The notes beneath the pieces are model-generated. The model saw only the letters and a program-made list of their open reading frames with translations. It was not told the DNA's origin and did no database searches. A stretch of 63,918 nucleotides of DNA, filler included, from Perkinsus olseni (taxonomy: Eukaryota), in the NCBI GenBank assembly GCA_013115125.1. It is 3 parts of 3 records of this genome, joined end to end, with 100 filler letters (N's around TTAATTAATTAA, not from the genome) between each part and the next. Parts side by side here need not be neighbours in the genome. Positions count along the whole stretch, not along the records: positions 1 to 24,033 come from JABANN010000513.1; positions 24,134 to 48,122 come from JABANN010000514.1; 1 more part is not named here. One strand, written 5' to 3'. The position numbers and the translations under genes were made by a program. Shown in pieces: positions 12,890 to 24,409 of the stretch (its first letter is position 1; each line of letters starts with the position of its first letter).

Positions 12890-15877
12890 TTAATGGCTGC
12901 TCTCGTATCTGCCAAGACACCACCCGTATGAGACCAGGATCGCCTCAGCCCTCCGATAGTACAGACGCCGTTGCTTCTCCCATTCCTTGTGGAGCTTCTT
13001 GAACGCACTCTTGGTCAGCTTCTCCCCGGCAGCATCGTGAGTCGGGATGCCATTCTCGTCAAACTGGGAGTACTTGTCGGTTTGATCTGAGGCAAGTACC
13101 GAGCTGATAGGGGGCCTCTGGGGTGCCTTGCCTACTACCCTTGAACATATCCTGAGGGCGGATCTTCTTCTTGGCCTCCTTCTCTGCCAACTGAGCTGCC
13201 TGGGCTTCCTTGCGAGATCGCCTACAGGGAACACGCCGGTTAACGCAATCGGTGGTGGTGGAAGATCGTCAGAAGAAGCCGCCTTCGGCCCTCCTCCAAC
13301 CGGCCATGCGAGCCACTTTCTTGGTCTAGGGGTTCGTCCCTACCGTCCACTGATAGACCTACCCGGCGTGCTTTCCCTCGGTCTTCTTCAAGCCACTCTC
13401 TTTGAGAGTGACCGTAAGATTGCAAGCCAGATCGCCAGGAGTAGAGTCCTTGTCCACGACGAAGTAGCCGACGCGCTCGAACTGGAAGGTTTCCATCGGC
13501 TGAGGGAGAAGGGGTGATCGAGACAAGAGGAGAGGAGTGCTCACCTTAGCCTCGGCCATGGCGGGCTCGAAGTAGGCCTTGTACTCTCGAAGACTATTGG
13601 GGTTCAACGTGGATAACCAGGCTGAAATCAACTGATAGAAAAACCGTAAAATCTCATTTTCTATTACCATCCTTATCGGCCTCGTTAGTCTCCACCTCGC
13701 CAGTGCCAGGTACCATCGAAGCCTCTTCTTCAGAGGTAGCACCCTCGTCTGAGCGGAAGCGCGTGGACCACATGACCGCGCGCCACGAAATTGCTTACCG
13801 GTGGGAGTAGATTCGGGCAACAATAGATTCTCGTACCAGTTAACCGTGCCTCGAACAACATCCTCATTAGTCTCCTCAGCGTCGACCGCCTACGATTTAC
13901 GAAAGGAGTGGTACGGACGCATACACATGGCCGAGCTGCTACCCAGTGGATGACACCCTTGACGTCCTTAGGCAGGCTGCCTTCACCGTGAAGGGACTCC
14001 GGATCATGACTGCAAATTACGACGCCCTCTGGGGTGACCCGCTCGGCCTTGATGACGTAACCATAACGCAGCTTGACCTAATTTCGTGGCGCGTGACGGT
14101 GAAATCAAACATCTTTCTTCCGCCTGTTCTACCTTTCCACCGAGAGAAAGCCTCTTGAATCCCTCGGGAGGGTCTATGCGGAAGTCACTGGACTCGATCA
14201 CCAAACGGTTGCGCAAATATAATTTCCGGGAGCCTGAAAGATATCCTTGTGAAAATCTTCACTGTGCGCACCACCCGACAAGACACGCTTATCCGAATTG
14301 CTACTATCAAGTGCCAGCTTCAACCTAAGATACGTTCGAGTTTATTACCAGCCTCAGGCATCCCTGGGTGGTTGGGAGCTTCGACTTCGATACGCTGAAT
14401 AAAAAAAGAACTTCTTAGCGGAGCGAAGCAGCCCGGCCGGAGGTACCTCATCATCAGCCATGGTCTCAATATAGATCTTAACAGGATCTACCACGCACAT
14501 TCGGCGATTGGAGTTGGCCTGCGAGAAAGATACTCAGTTGCCAAGCTAGGTCGACCCAGACCGACCTCAAGATCCTCCCGGATGCATTCGTCCAGCAGAA
14601 CGCTGTCTATGGTACTGAGACTAGTCGACACCCCAACCTTCTGGCAGAAGGTCCGGAGGGCCTTCGGGGTCACACCGCGGCGCCTCATACCGGAGATGGT
14701 GGGCATCCTAGGGTCATCCCAACCTCTCACGGAATCTAAAGATACGCGATGTGAGAATTTCGTGGCGCAGTGGAGGCTCCCGTATTACGAGAATTGACCA
14801 ACTTCAGCAGCTTCCGTTTGCTCATGATAGTGTTGGTCACTTGCAGCCTCGCAAACTCATACTGGTGAGGCTCAGAAGGGACCGGCAGATGGGCGATGAA
14901 CCTATCAAAATTCCATACCACACCATCACCTACTCCCACCAGCCAATCCTACCAGTCGTATAGCTCCCTATGGTTCTCGAACTCCAAAGTACATATGGAA
15001 TGAGTGATGTGTTCAATGGCATCCTCCTGGCCATGGGCAAAATCGTAGAGCGGGTAGATGCACCACTTCTTGCCGGTGCGGTGATGCTCTTTGTGAAGTA
15101 TCCGGTACATCGGGGGGTCCCTCATGTTCATGTTAGGCGAGCTCATGTCAATCTTGGCTCGCAGGAGAGCCTCTCCTTCCTTAAACTTGCCGTCCCTCAT
15201 CTCTCTGAAGAGTCGGAGGTTCTCCTCGGGCGTCTGGTCCCGGCAGGGGGAGTTGGTGCCGGGGGTATTGATGTTGCCACGGTTGATTCTGATCTGTTCT
15301 GGGGTCTGGAGGTCCACGTAGGCCTCTCCCTTGTTAATGAGATACTCGGCCCACTCGTACCTGAGGGGGGCTTTCGAGGAGGAGGTGAAGGAGGAGTGGT
15401 ACTACAGCTGGTCAAAATAAGACGATGCGAAGAAGAGGTTGTCGCCCCAGTCGAACCTGGAGGGATGAAGGCTGCGGAGGTTCGATTCCCAGGAAAGGCA
15501 TTACCCCAGCCACTTGACATCCTCCTGGATGCTCCTCACATACTCATCACTCTCAGCGCTAGGGTTAGTATCATCAAACCTGTATCCGACAATCCCGTGA
15601 AATGCCAGAATCGACCTAAGATACTCCTACCTCAGATGGCAAGTACCACCGTACTGCTTAGCCAAGCCAAAGTTAAGGCAAATACTCTTGGCATGACCGA
15701 TATGAAGGTAGCCGTTGGGCTCAGGGGGGAATCTTGTAACGATGGACTTACCATGGCACCTGGCAGGTTAACCTGTATCAAGCCAGCTTGATAAAGATAC
15801 TACTACCTTCCCCCAGGGGCCAGGTCCTGGTCGATGGCGGTTTGGATGAAGTTCTTCCCTGCGGGCTCAGTGGACAT
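12890..15877 (-). CDS. glnS: Glutaminyl-tRNA synthetase with a short N-terminus and a C-terminal extension
   Basis: [24 protein letters not shown] (HIGH), [20 protein letters not shown] (KMSKS-like), [17 protein letters not shown] and [12 protein letters not shown]. The 3' end is approximate. Confidence 0.95.
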
Positions 15878-16026
15878 CAGTGCCGATAGAATTCGATGGC
15901 GAGGGAGTATGGCTACGGTAGTAAGCAGCAAAACTATCGATGGTAGGGAGCTCTGATAGGCCGTTGAGGAAACGTAAGATTGAGCAAGTGGGGCAAGATT
16001 TATCGCTTGGCTCAAGCAGATTGTAA

Positions 16027-17707
16027 ATGCCTCGCTCTCGTGTGGCGGTGTCCTCTGTTAGTAAGGGGGCGGCTGCCCGGCCGCCGCAGACCTTCCTCGC
16101 TCGACCTTTCGTACCTCTGGACGTGGTGAAGTCAGGAGTACTGTGGAATCTTAGAGACCAAGTTCAGCCAGGTCCGACCTAAGATACGCCATTACGCAGC
16201 CGAAAGATTCCTCCTCAGAGCCATCTTGTACCACCAGTGCCTCCTTTCTACGGCATCTCGAAGGGGCTGATGAGTTCTTCCGTAGGAGCATCGCCGCCCA
16301 CCCTGTCCTCGTCCGACAGAGCCTTCACCGACTGCAGCTGGGCCACGGCATACCAACAGTAGTAATTCTCGGAAGGAGGAGGTCATCCCCATCAGCAGGT
16401 CGCCTTCTGTGGCCGCTCTAATGCTGGCAAATCAAGCCTTGTTAATGGGCTGTTGTTTGGCCGCCAGGTAAGGCAGTACCGCTTCTTCACCGCTTCTCAG
16501 GGCCCTTCAGGTGGCTCGGGCCTCGAAGACTCCTGGCCGAACGAGGCAGCTGTTCACGTTCGAAGTTGGTCGGGATGAGCATCTTAAGGAAGGGAAGGGG
16601 AGACCTCTGCGGATAGTCGACCTCCCTGGGTGGGTCTAGCGGGGCGGGTGTGGTCTAGAGGGTGGTGGCGCAGGCTTGGATTTGCCAAGGGTATTGACGC
16701 TGAGCAGAAGGCTGAGTGGAGGGCACTGGTGGGGGAGTACATGGAAAGAGCGGATAACCTACGCTTAGTTGTAACTCCTATACCACACTTCCCCCGCTTC
16801 GTTGAGGATAGGGGCTTGGTAGGTGTCGTTAATAGACGTTATTGAAGGCGTCAAGTCGACTGATGAGTATCTTTGGAAGTTGATAACGAGGTCAATGGAG
16901 AACCGCAACGTTTTAGAGGAAGGGCCGCCACCACCGAGGTAGTAACGGAAGATACGCGTATCTTACACTATGGCAAGATACAGGTTAACCTAAGATACTA
17001 AAGGATGCGTATCTTAGGTTGATGGTGGTCTTAACCAAAGTAGATAGAGTAAAAGCAACTACTCTACATGAAGAGGTGTCATCGATATTATCGAGAATAG
17101 AATATTGGCAACAGGAGTTCAACGTAATAGGGGAGGAGGGGCATGTCGACCATCCGGTCGCTAGGGAACTGATCTAACTATCACACCCTCGTCCCGGTCA
17201 CTAGGAGTTCCCTTCGGTCGAAGGAGCCTCTTGTAAATTGTGGGGTAACCGGCAATCGATTAATTTTGGTAACATCACGCTGGCTATAGGCGTCCATAAG
17301 AGAGCCCGGAGAACTGCCCTTCACCTTCCCCGATCTATGCCGTGACATCTTGTTCACTAAGCAACCTTCCAATTGGATTATTACCAGCGTCTTGTGCATT
17401 ATTCACGAGTTGTCCCCTCCGCTTGGAGGAGGCTCCTGTGTAACCATTCGGGGTAACCGGTAAAGTATCACCATTGTTACCAACCGATTATTGACATCAT
17501 CCCTTAGTCTGCACAACAGTGCTCGGCCAAACTCCTCCGATTCAGAACATATGTTGATGCTGGGTTGCCTTCTCTCAGCTCTCCTTCTGGCCCCACGTCC
17601 ATTGTGTGAGTGCACAGGACGGTCATGGCATGCCGGAACTTCGGGCGGCCTTAGTAGAGGCTATGGATCGGCGGTACTGGAAGAAGGAGAAGGCCAAACC
17701 CAATTGA
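16027..17707 (+). CDS. engB: EngB/YihA/YsxC-family ribosome biogenesis GTPase (organellar type)
   Basis: G1 VAFCGRSNAGKSSL, G2 SKTPGRT, G3 IVDLPG-LGFA, G4 VLTKVD, G5 CVSAQDGHGMPELR; long intron at about 17124-17578. Confidence 0.9.
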
Positions 17708-17799
17708 CCATCGACATGGACCGTTTCTTGCCTTTCTCTTCTCTTTCGAGTTCACTGGGGTCACCACCAGCAAGGCAGTTTGTTTTTGCTGTTACCGTT

Positions 17800-19660
17800 A
17801 TGGCACAGGAAGGGGATACCCCATCACCATCAGCAGCAGCAGCTCCATCAGCGTACAGGACTTTGCTGAAGTACGCCCGAGAATACACCCACTCAAAGAA
17901 CGGAGAGAGCAAGCATCCCATTGGGTTGATGATGTGCGGCCTCAACGCTGGCCTGATGCAGTCCCTCATATTCAACCCATATGGTAATGTACAGTTCTGG
18001 GCTTGGGGTCGATCCCTCCTCCCTCAGACCGAGCTCTCTATCTCACGATAAAGCACAGCAAAGACACGTCTGGGTACCATCGGAGATTCCTCGACCGAAG
18101 GAATTGGCCGCGGCGACCGGGGCAGTACTTTGAGGGCGTCGGCCCGGCTGTCCTTCAGAAGGCAGTCAGTTTTGGGTTGTACTTTCCGATGGAAGAATTG
18201 GTAATAATTTAGGAAAGGAGTGGTATCGGTGGATCATTTTTTTAGTTTTTATCGTCCCCTCTGGTGGAGCAGGCGGGTGGGGCCTGGTTGGCGGGCACCC
18301 TAGCAGGCCTGGCCAATGGTATCTTCACTACCCCCTTCAACGCCGTCAAGTTTTCTATCTGGCGAACTTCTCAGCAGCAGTACTCCAATCCAGTTACTGC
18401 GATCAACGTTCTTAAGGGTACTGCACCTGCCTTGGGGGCGTATCTTAGGTTGATGCATGTTAGATATACAAGGAAGGGAAGGCCTGCGAGGACTCTTCCG
18501 TGGCTGCGTTCCCACAGTGTATCGTGACGTTACCTTCTGCCTCACCTACGCTACTATGAGGTAGTAATGGTACTTAGCAGAATGGCTCTTAGGGGCATCA
18601 CTACTCTCTCCAGGCACGTCCACTCGAACGATCCTCAAGCTGGTGGGTTCCTGGGCAACATGGCGAGCGCGATAGTGGCCACAGCCCTCAGCTCCCCCTT
18701 CAATTGGGTTAGACTGCAGGAGTACTCGCATGTAAGTACTGCCGCCTCCCTCCCCTTCCCACCATCATTGTGACAGCCGGAAGTATCCCGTCGGACGTCC
18801 CAGTGGTTGCGGATCCTGCTGCAATCGGAGGGTTTAATTGGCCCTGGACCGAGCCTAGGGGACGGCTTTCTGGCCTCGTCGAAGGAGCTCTGCAGACGAT
18901 TAGGGTACTAAGGGCCACGTTGGTCAATTTGCCATACCACTCCTTTCGAAAATCGTCTTCTGGAATCAAGGATTCGGACTTCCCGATGGGGCCGAGTGTC
19001 CCTGCGCCCTCGAGGGAATGAGGAAGATCTTAGACTAGCTCGAACAACACTATCCCAAGAAATTCCGAAGAATTCTTTCTGAGGAGACCGTGCTCCTCAC
19101 CGAAAATTCGACGGCAATGGTAGAGGTGCCAGGGGGTAGACGTCAGCGAGATTCTGCGGTATTCTCTGTCCCATCGGGCGTACCATAGGAAGGACCTCGA
19201 GGAGGTCCTCGGACTTTTTGGACAGGAAAAATACGCCTTTCGAACATCTTGTGTCTTAACGGTTTCTCTCCACTTTCCTCAGATCCCTCATGGTAACCTG
19301 TCGATTCGGTTGGGGCTCTTTGAGGCTCGGTCTAGGCTGGGCTATGAGTTCCCAAATTTATGGTATAGGCCGCAAGGCCATGCGTAGTTATTACGACCAT
19401 CATACCACTGTTTAGTATCGAAATACTCCATTTAACCTGTAGTTAATTTCCTTAGTAATCTCCTTAGCGGAGCGAAGCGATTCATGTTGTTCATTTTCCC
19501 TTTTACTGCCCTCCTCTTCCTCCTGCTGCTGTTCAGATCCCTACTGAGGACCTTACGGATTGGCTGGGGGTCGGTCCGAGTGGGGTTGGGTATGGGTTTC
19601 GGCTCGCAGGTGTATGCTTTCTGTCGGCATGGTATCGCCTACTACGACCAACCATCGTGA
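17800..19660 (+). CDS. Mitochondrial carrier (SLC25) family protein
   Basis: Three carrier repeats with PYDRA, PFNAVK and PFNWVR signature variants; EGLRGLFRGCVPTVYRDV; final exon LRIGWGSVRVGLGMGFGSQVY. Confidence 0.85.
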
Positions 19661-19816
19661 TTCACCCTACCTTGTAAAATACATAATTCGGTTATTGCTG
19701 TATCGGTAGCATAAAAAGAGTTTCTGTATCGGAGGGTTCTCCCCACTGATGATGGATCGCTCTCCGTATTTGTTTCTACGTATCATTATCGTGTCGTTTC
19801 CTCGGAAGGGCAGTCA

Positions 19817-21520
19817 TGGTCGCGTTGCAGTCTTTCGAGGGAGGTCCGTGGGTAGAGTATCTTAGGTTGACCATGGAAGTTGATGAGGGAGAGAGCGCAT
19901 CTTCTGAGGTGCCGACGAGACGGAGGAGGGCTCAGCAGAGGAGGGGTCGATCGACCAGCGGTCCGGATGACCCCTATGCTGCTAGGTAGAGTATCCAAGG
20001 TTGAAGCTGGCTAATGACGAATAATCTCCTCAGCCCTCCGTCGTCGCCATTCAGTCGGATACCGACGGAGCAGCTGATACTGATGATAGCAACACAGATG
20101 CCTGTACGTCTAACGCCCCTACATACCATCCGCTCACCTAATCGTCCCTCAGAGTTTCGCCCTAGCCCCGGAGGCCTCGTCGCGTTCCCGGCTGCTTTTA
20201 ATGCCGGCCATGGACCTCCAGGTGGGGATGAGGGGGGCAGCCTTCTCTCAGTCACAGGCGGGGGCTGTTCTTATGCAGGACATGGCAGACGCCGTGGTTC
20301 GGAACAACATGTGCGAGTTCTGCTGGTCGCTCTGTTTTCATCCGGCCTTCCTCTCCCGGCTCTTCTACGAGGTGCTACGGGTATCTTAGGTTGACCCTTG
20401 CGTGTGGCAGAAGATGTTCGCTCTCAGGGTTTTCTCCCGATCTGCACTGATATTGGTGGTACTGACGAGGACGGTAGCGCCTCGCCGTTATACATCCTCC
20501 TACCGAAGCTGCATCGGAAAAGGTCGGCCATCACGGACATACTCCGCGATCTGCATATCCACAAGAAAGTCCGGAAGAAGGCCGGGCGGTAGGTCCTTAT
20601 TTTCGTGGCGCGCGGTCATGCAGAGCCCTCTTCTCAGATACGAGCTCTCCTTTGATACCGACTTTGATGGTGTTGTATCATCTTGCCATCGTCAGCATGG
20701 CGAGGCGTGGCTCTACCCGCCGATCGTGAACTCTCTCAGTAGGCCTCCCGACCCCCTGCGTGGACGAGGTGTCCCCCTTCAGGGGCGATACATGGGCAAG
20801 GCCAGGGTAGTGGCGGGGGTAGCAGCCCTCGGGAGGCCCCTAGCGTGAAGCGACGGAATGGAGGAAGCGGGCCTGCTGTGTCGGAGTCCTCGACATCATC
20901 CTCATCACAATCCCCGACGGCCCGATCGTCGGCCGGTGGTGGTAGGGTCAGCCTGCACTCGGTGGAGGTGCGAAGGGCGGACACGAAGGAGTTGGTCGCG
21001 GGGGAGCTCGGCTGTCTTGTTGGGAAATGGTAAGGAGGCATTGGTCACAATAGTCGTCGTGATGTGGGGGAAAGTTGGTATGAATATTACTGTAGCACTG
21101 TGGCACATTATTTAGTATTTTCTGCCTTTTCCTTTAAATAATATACCCCATCCTCTCCTGCCCAGTTACACCTCCCTCACCGGATTCTTCGACTCGAAGT
21201 CTCCGGGGTCAGGCTCGGTCCAGATGGCAGCCCTGGGGGCCTACCTTTCCAACGAAGGCTTGGCACAAATGTGGGACATTGGGATGGATATCGAGTAGGT
21301 TACTCTGGCACATCACAGAGTAAAAAGATACCTCTGCAGGTACAAGCGGAGCCTAGGGGCTAGGAATCTTCCTCGAACCGAGTTCGTCCGAACCTTCCGT
21401 CATCTGCGGGATGAATCATCCCAGACCGGGGCCCGGTGTGCGGCCAAGAACTGTCGGGAAATAATCGACACCTTCCTCCTTGCCCGTCGGCGGCGGCAGA
21501 CCGAAGGGGTTGCTGATTAG
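19817..21520 (+). CDS. Leu/Phe-tRNA-protein transferase (Aat) fold aminoacyl-transferase, ATEL1-like
   Basis: FYEGFLPI, LLPKLH..RS, SFDTDFDGVVSSC..QH..AWL, HSVEV...LVAGELG..VG, YTSLTGF, GSVQMAAL, WDIGM.IEYKRSLGA..PR.EF. The start is uncertain (19817 or 19873). Confidence 0.85.
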
Positions 21521-21628
21521 TACCGTATAGTGTCTACGATTCACTATATCATTGATAGTATCTTTACCTACTGAGGTTGAGTTGCCAACTGCAAACTCGT
21601 TATAAAGATACCCTTCAGTTCCTGTACA

Positions 21629-23434
21629 ATGTCGTCCTTGTCCTTCCTCCCCTTAAGTCTCCTTGCCATCCTCTTTCCCACAGCAGCCGGTGGCGTTATC
21701 GGCATCAGGGACTTGGGGTTGGCCATCCAGAGTGGGCCTGGCCCGTCCGGGGTGCTGTCGATCGTCGGTCGTCTCAGGTAGGGTCCGGCCGGGCCCTCCG
21801 ACAAGCTTCTGTCTGGATGGCGGCTTCCTCGAAGAGGTGCGAGATCACGCATATTACTATTATCGTACTGGCGAGATGGAGGCGGAGTAGTAAGCAAATA
21901 ATGGACTGGAGGAACTTGGTGTTCGTCTGACCTCATTCGTATCTTCTGTGCTTCAACCTAAGATACACTACTATGCTAACAACAGTATATGAAAGTGCAA
22001 ACATCAAACAGAACTGCACCGTTGCCATACTTCAAGTACCCCATCGTCCCTCCCCGCCCCCTCACCGAACCCAGCTGGTCAGGCGGTGCTCTTGAAGTTG
22101 GAGCAGACCGCGCCGCTGGACCATGAGCAGTACCTGAGGATGATCGAACACTACATGGACACTTCGCTGGAGTACCTTGATGAGGCGGACTCCATCACTA
22201 CTTCTGATGTTGATTCTTGGCCGATAGCCCCGGGGATAGAGGTTAGATGGGAGGAGGGAGGAAGGAGGAAGAGGGGTGATGGCTTTTTGTCAGAGGCTGA
22301 TAGAAATTGAAAGACGCTCGGTTCGAACCAGGGACCTCACGGTAGATATGATACTAAACTACTGCCAGAGCATCGACTGGCGTAATATGACCCAACCGAT
22401 GAAGTGGCTGCGGTGGGGCTCCCAACGCTAGCAGCAAAGAGCACTCGGCCCTCCAGTCAGGTCTCCCGTCCTAACGCCCCACTGGAGTATAGTCAACATC
22501 CACGTCTACTTAGTACAGCAGCCGCACTGTGACCAGGACGCCGTCACCACCATCCTCCTCCGCCTGCTAGGTGGTCTGGACTTCCGGTAGTGATCCGCAT
22601 GATCCGAGGCCCGATAATGACAGAGGGGCAGGTCTGTCCATGTGGAGAAGTACTTCACCGGAGGCCCCAAAAGAGAGGAGCAGTCCGCGTACTTCCATCA
22701 TATCGCCAAGTAGTCTCCTAAAGAAGGAGGGGACCGAGGCCTGCCGCCGGCAGGTACTACCGTTCCCTTGGTGACTGGCTGCTCTTCATGCACCCTGATT
22801 CAGACGAGCATCAAGGTGAGTTACGATTGGAGTGGTATGGACATCAATATTGGCAGGTGATGATTTCATCGCTCTTTCCAGAGCATTAAAGCTCATCCAT
22901 CGTGGCAGTGAGTTCGCCCTGGAGACCCTCGGCGTCTACGTACGTCACCCCCTACCATTCCCTCTCCAGCTGGCCTCCCTCTCAGCCGCTATCACAGCAA
23001 TTCATCTTTCGCCCGAAACGCGTCCGAGCGGCGCCCTTCCGGTGGACCTGGCAGCGGATCTGGGGTAGCGGCAGCAGCGTCCGCCCAGCATACGTCTCTT
23101 GGTCATCAGGCACTGAGTTCCCTGAGGCGTGGGAGGAGACTCTTAGCTTCTACGAGGCCGGCCAGTACATCGTCCGACGGGACTTCGTCCACGTCCATCC
23201 GCTGCCGTTCTGGGAGAGGCTACGGACCGACACCGAACTCAACGACGGTGAGTTGTTCTTGTCGATGGTTTCAAGAGTGATGGTATCTTAGGTCGCTTCA
23301 GTGGAGATATCGAGGCCATGTGGCATGTTGTATTCAATCAGCCAGTTGATATGGTCTGGAGGGAGTCCGAGCACACCCTGCCCCTCTGCCTGCGGGTGGG
23401 CGTGCCCGTCAGCTTCTATGAAGATGTTGTCTGA
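21629..23434 (+). CDS. Secreted or membrane-anchored protein with a C-terminal DUF3431-like region
   Basis: Signal-peptide-like MSSLSFLPLSLLAILFPTAAG; later REEQSAYFHHI and GQYIVRRDFVHVHPLPFWERLRTDTELNDGDIEAMWHVVF resemble DUF3431 motifs. The exon chain is only partly resolved. Confidence 0.5.
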
Positions 23435-23500
23435 CGCACCCTTTGGAGTTGCGTTACCGCCACTCCAACCATCACGATCCTTGCTCAGCTTTGCCTTCCC

Positions 23501-23915
23501 ATGGCCACTGGTGATAGTAGTAGTAGTATGGTCACCTCCGAGGAGGGCCTCTCTACCAGCGTGGACATCACCGCCACAGACTTGGTTGCCGTCGTCCTGG
23601 ACCTCAACCCATGGGTCTGGTCTAGCTACTCCCTTGCTTCTTTCAAGGCCGAGGCCCCCGCCGAACCCACCGAGCAGGCGATGCAGGAGAAAGCCGCCGG
23701 CTCTGTCACCCTTGAAGCGTTGTTCTCCGCCCTCCTCCTGACGGTTGGGGCCATCAGTGCAGCCAGCGTTACTGGGGACCCTCTCGGGGTGTGTATCGTA
23801 GGGGTGTCCCCTACCAAGGCCAGCATACTCCTCAAGGGGGCCTGGCCGGACATGGACCGGACGGTGCTGTGGAGCGCTATGGTTGAGTTTATCAAGGCCT
23901 CAGTTGAAGAGAAGT
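23501..23915 (+). CDS. TFB4: TFIIH subunit Tfb4/p34-like, 5' part only (truncated by poly-G and gap)
   Basis: DLVAVVLDLNPWVW resembles the first vWA strand of Tfb4/GTF2H3, followed by helix LEALFSALLLTV and strand VCIVGV. Confidence 0.55.
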
Positions 23916-24006
<91 letters not shown>

Positions 24007-24133
24007 CGGGGGGGGGGGGGGGGGGGGGGGGGGNNNNNNNNNNNNNNNNNNNNNNNNNNNNNNNNNNNNNNNNNNNNTTAATTAATTAANNNNNNNNNNN
24101 NNNNNNNNNNNNNNNNNNNNNNNNNNNNNNNNN
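23916..24133. other. Poly-G read artefact plus artificial 100-bp scaffold linker (N44-TTAATTAATTAA-N44)
   Basis: About 118 G at a contig end, followed by Ns around a six-frame-stop linker. Confidence 0.95.
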
Positions 24134-24204
24134 GTGGGGGCGCGGCGGGCTCTTTTTGTGGGTGGCGTCTTTTTTTTTTCTAGTAGAAACTAATAGGACG
24201 ACTC

Positions 24205-24235
24205 CTACTAGGAGTCCGAGTCGGACTCCTAGTAG
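24205..24235. repeat. Perfect palindrome, 15-bp arms with a 1-nt spacer
   Basis: CTACTAGGAGTCCGA-G-TCGGACTCCTAGTAG. Confidence 0.95.
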
Positions 24236-24409
24236 AAACTTTCTACATCTATAAGGTCTCTACTGCTTTCCAAATTCACAGCTTGTTATTATATCATGAT
24301 TTCTGTCTACATGTTCAGCTTTGATGTTTGCTACGGGCTCGTGTGGGATTTGTGGGGTTTCCACAGATACTGATCTCAACTCGCCCGAAGGAGCAGCAGT
24401 GGCCGCTGA

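Noticed and set aside
14970-15791. 273-aa plus-strand ORF, and similar long ORFs such as 44467-45078 and 51957-52673
   Set aside because: Antisense shadows of real minus-strand genes, with no recognisable motifs.
16219-16228. AGCCATCTTG matching the middle of the Perkinsus spliced leader
   Set aside because: A 10-nt match inside a coding exon, compatible with chance.
18440-18449. GTATCTT motif as a U12-type 5' splice site
   Set aside because: In the cases traced, the reading frame requires a different donor, and the motif is internal or provides the acceptor. No U12 branch consensus was seen.
21568-21936. Minus-strand 122-aa ORF
   Set aside because: It overlaps the better-supported plus-strand signal-peptide exon starting at 21629.
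23916-24033. Poly-G run giving poly-Gly ORFs or a G-quadruplex
   Set aside because: It sits at a contig end next to the N linker, which is typical of a sequencing no-signal artefact.
24078-24089. TTAATTAATTAA inside Ns (also near 48167)
   Set aside because: Artificial six-frame-stop linker. Genes on either side (TFB4 and HECT; SDR and methyltransferase) should not be fused or treated as neighbours.
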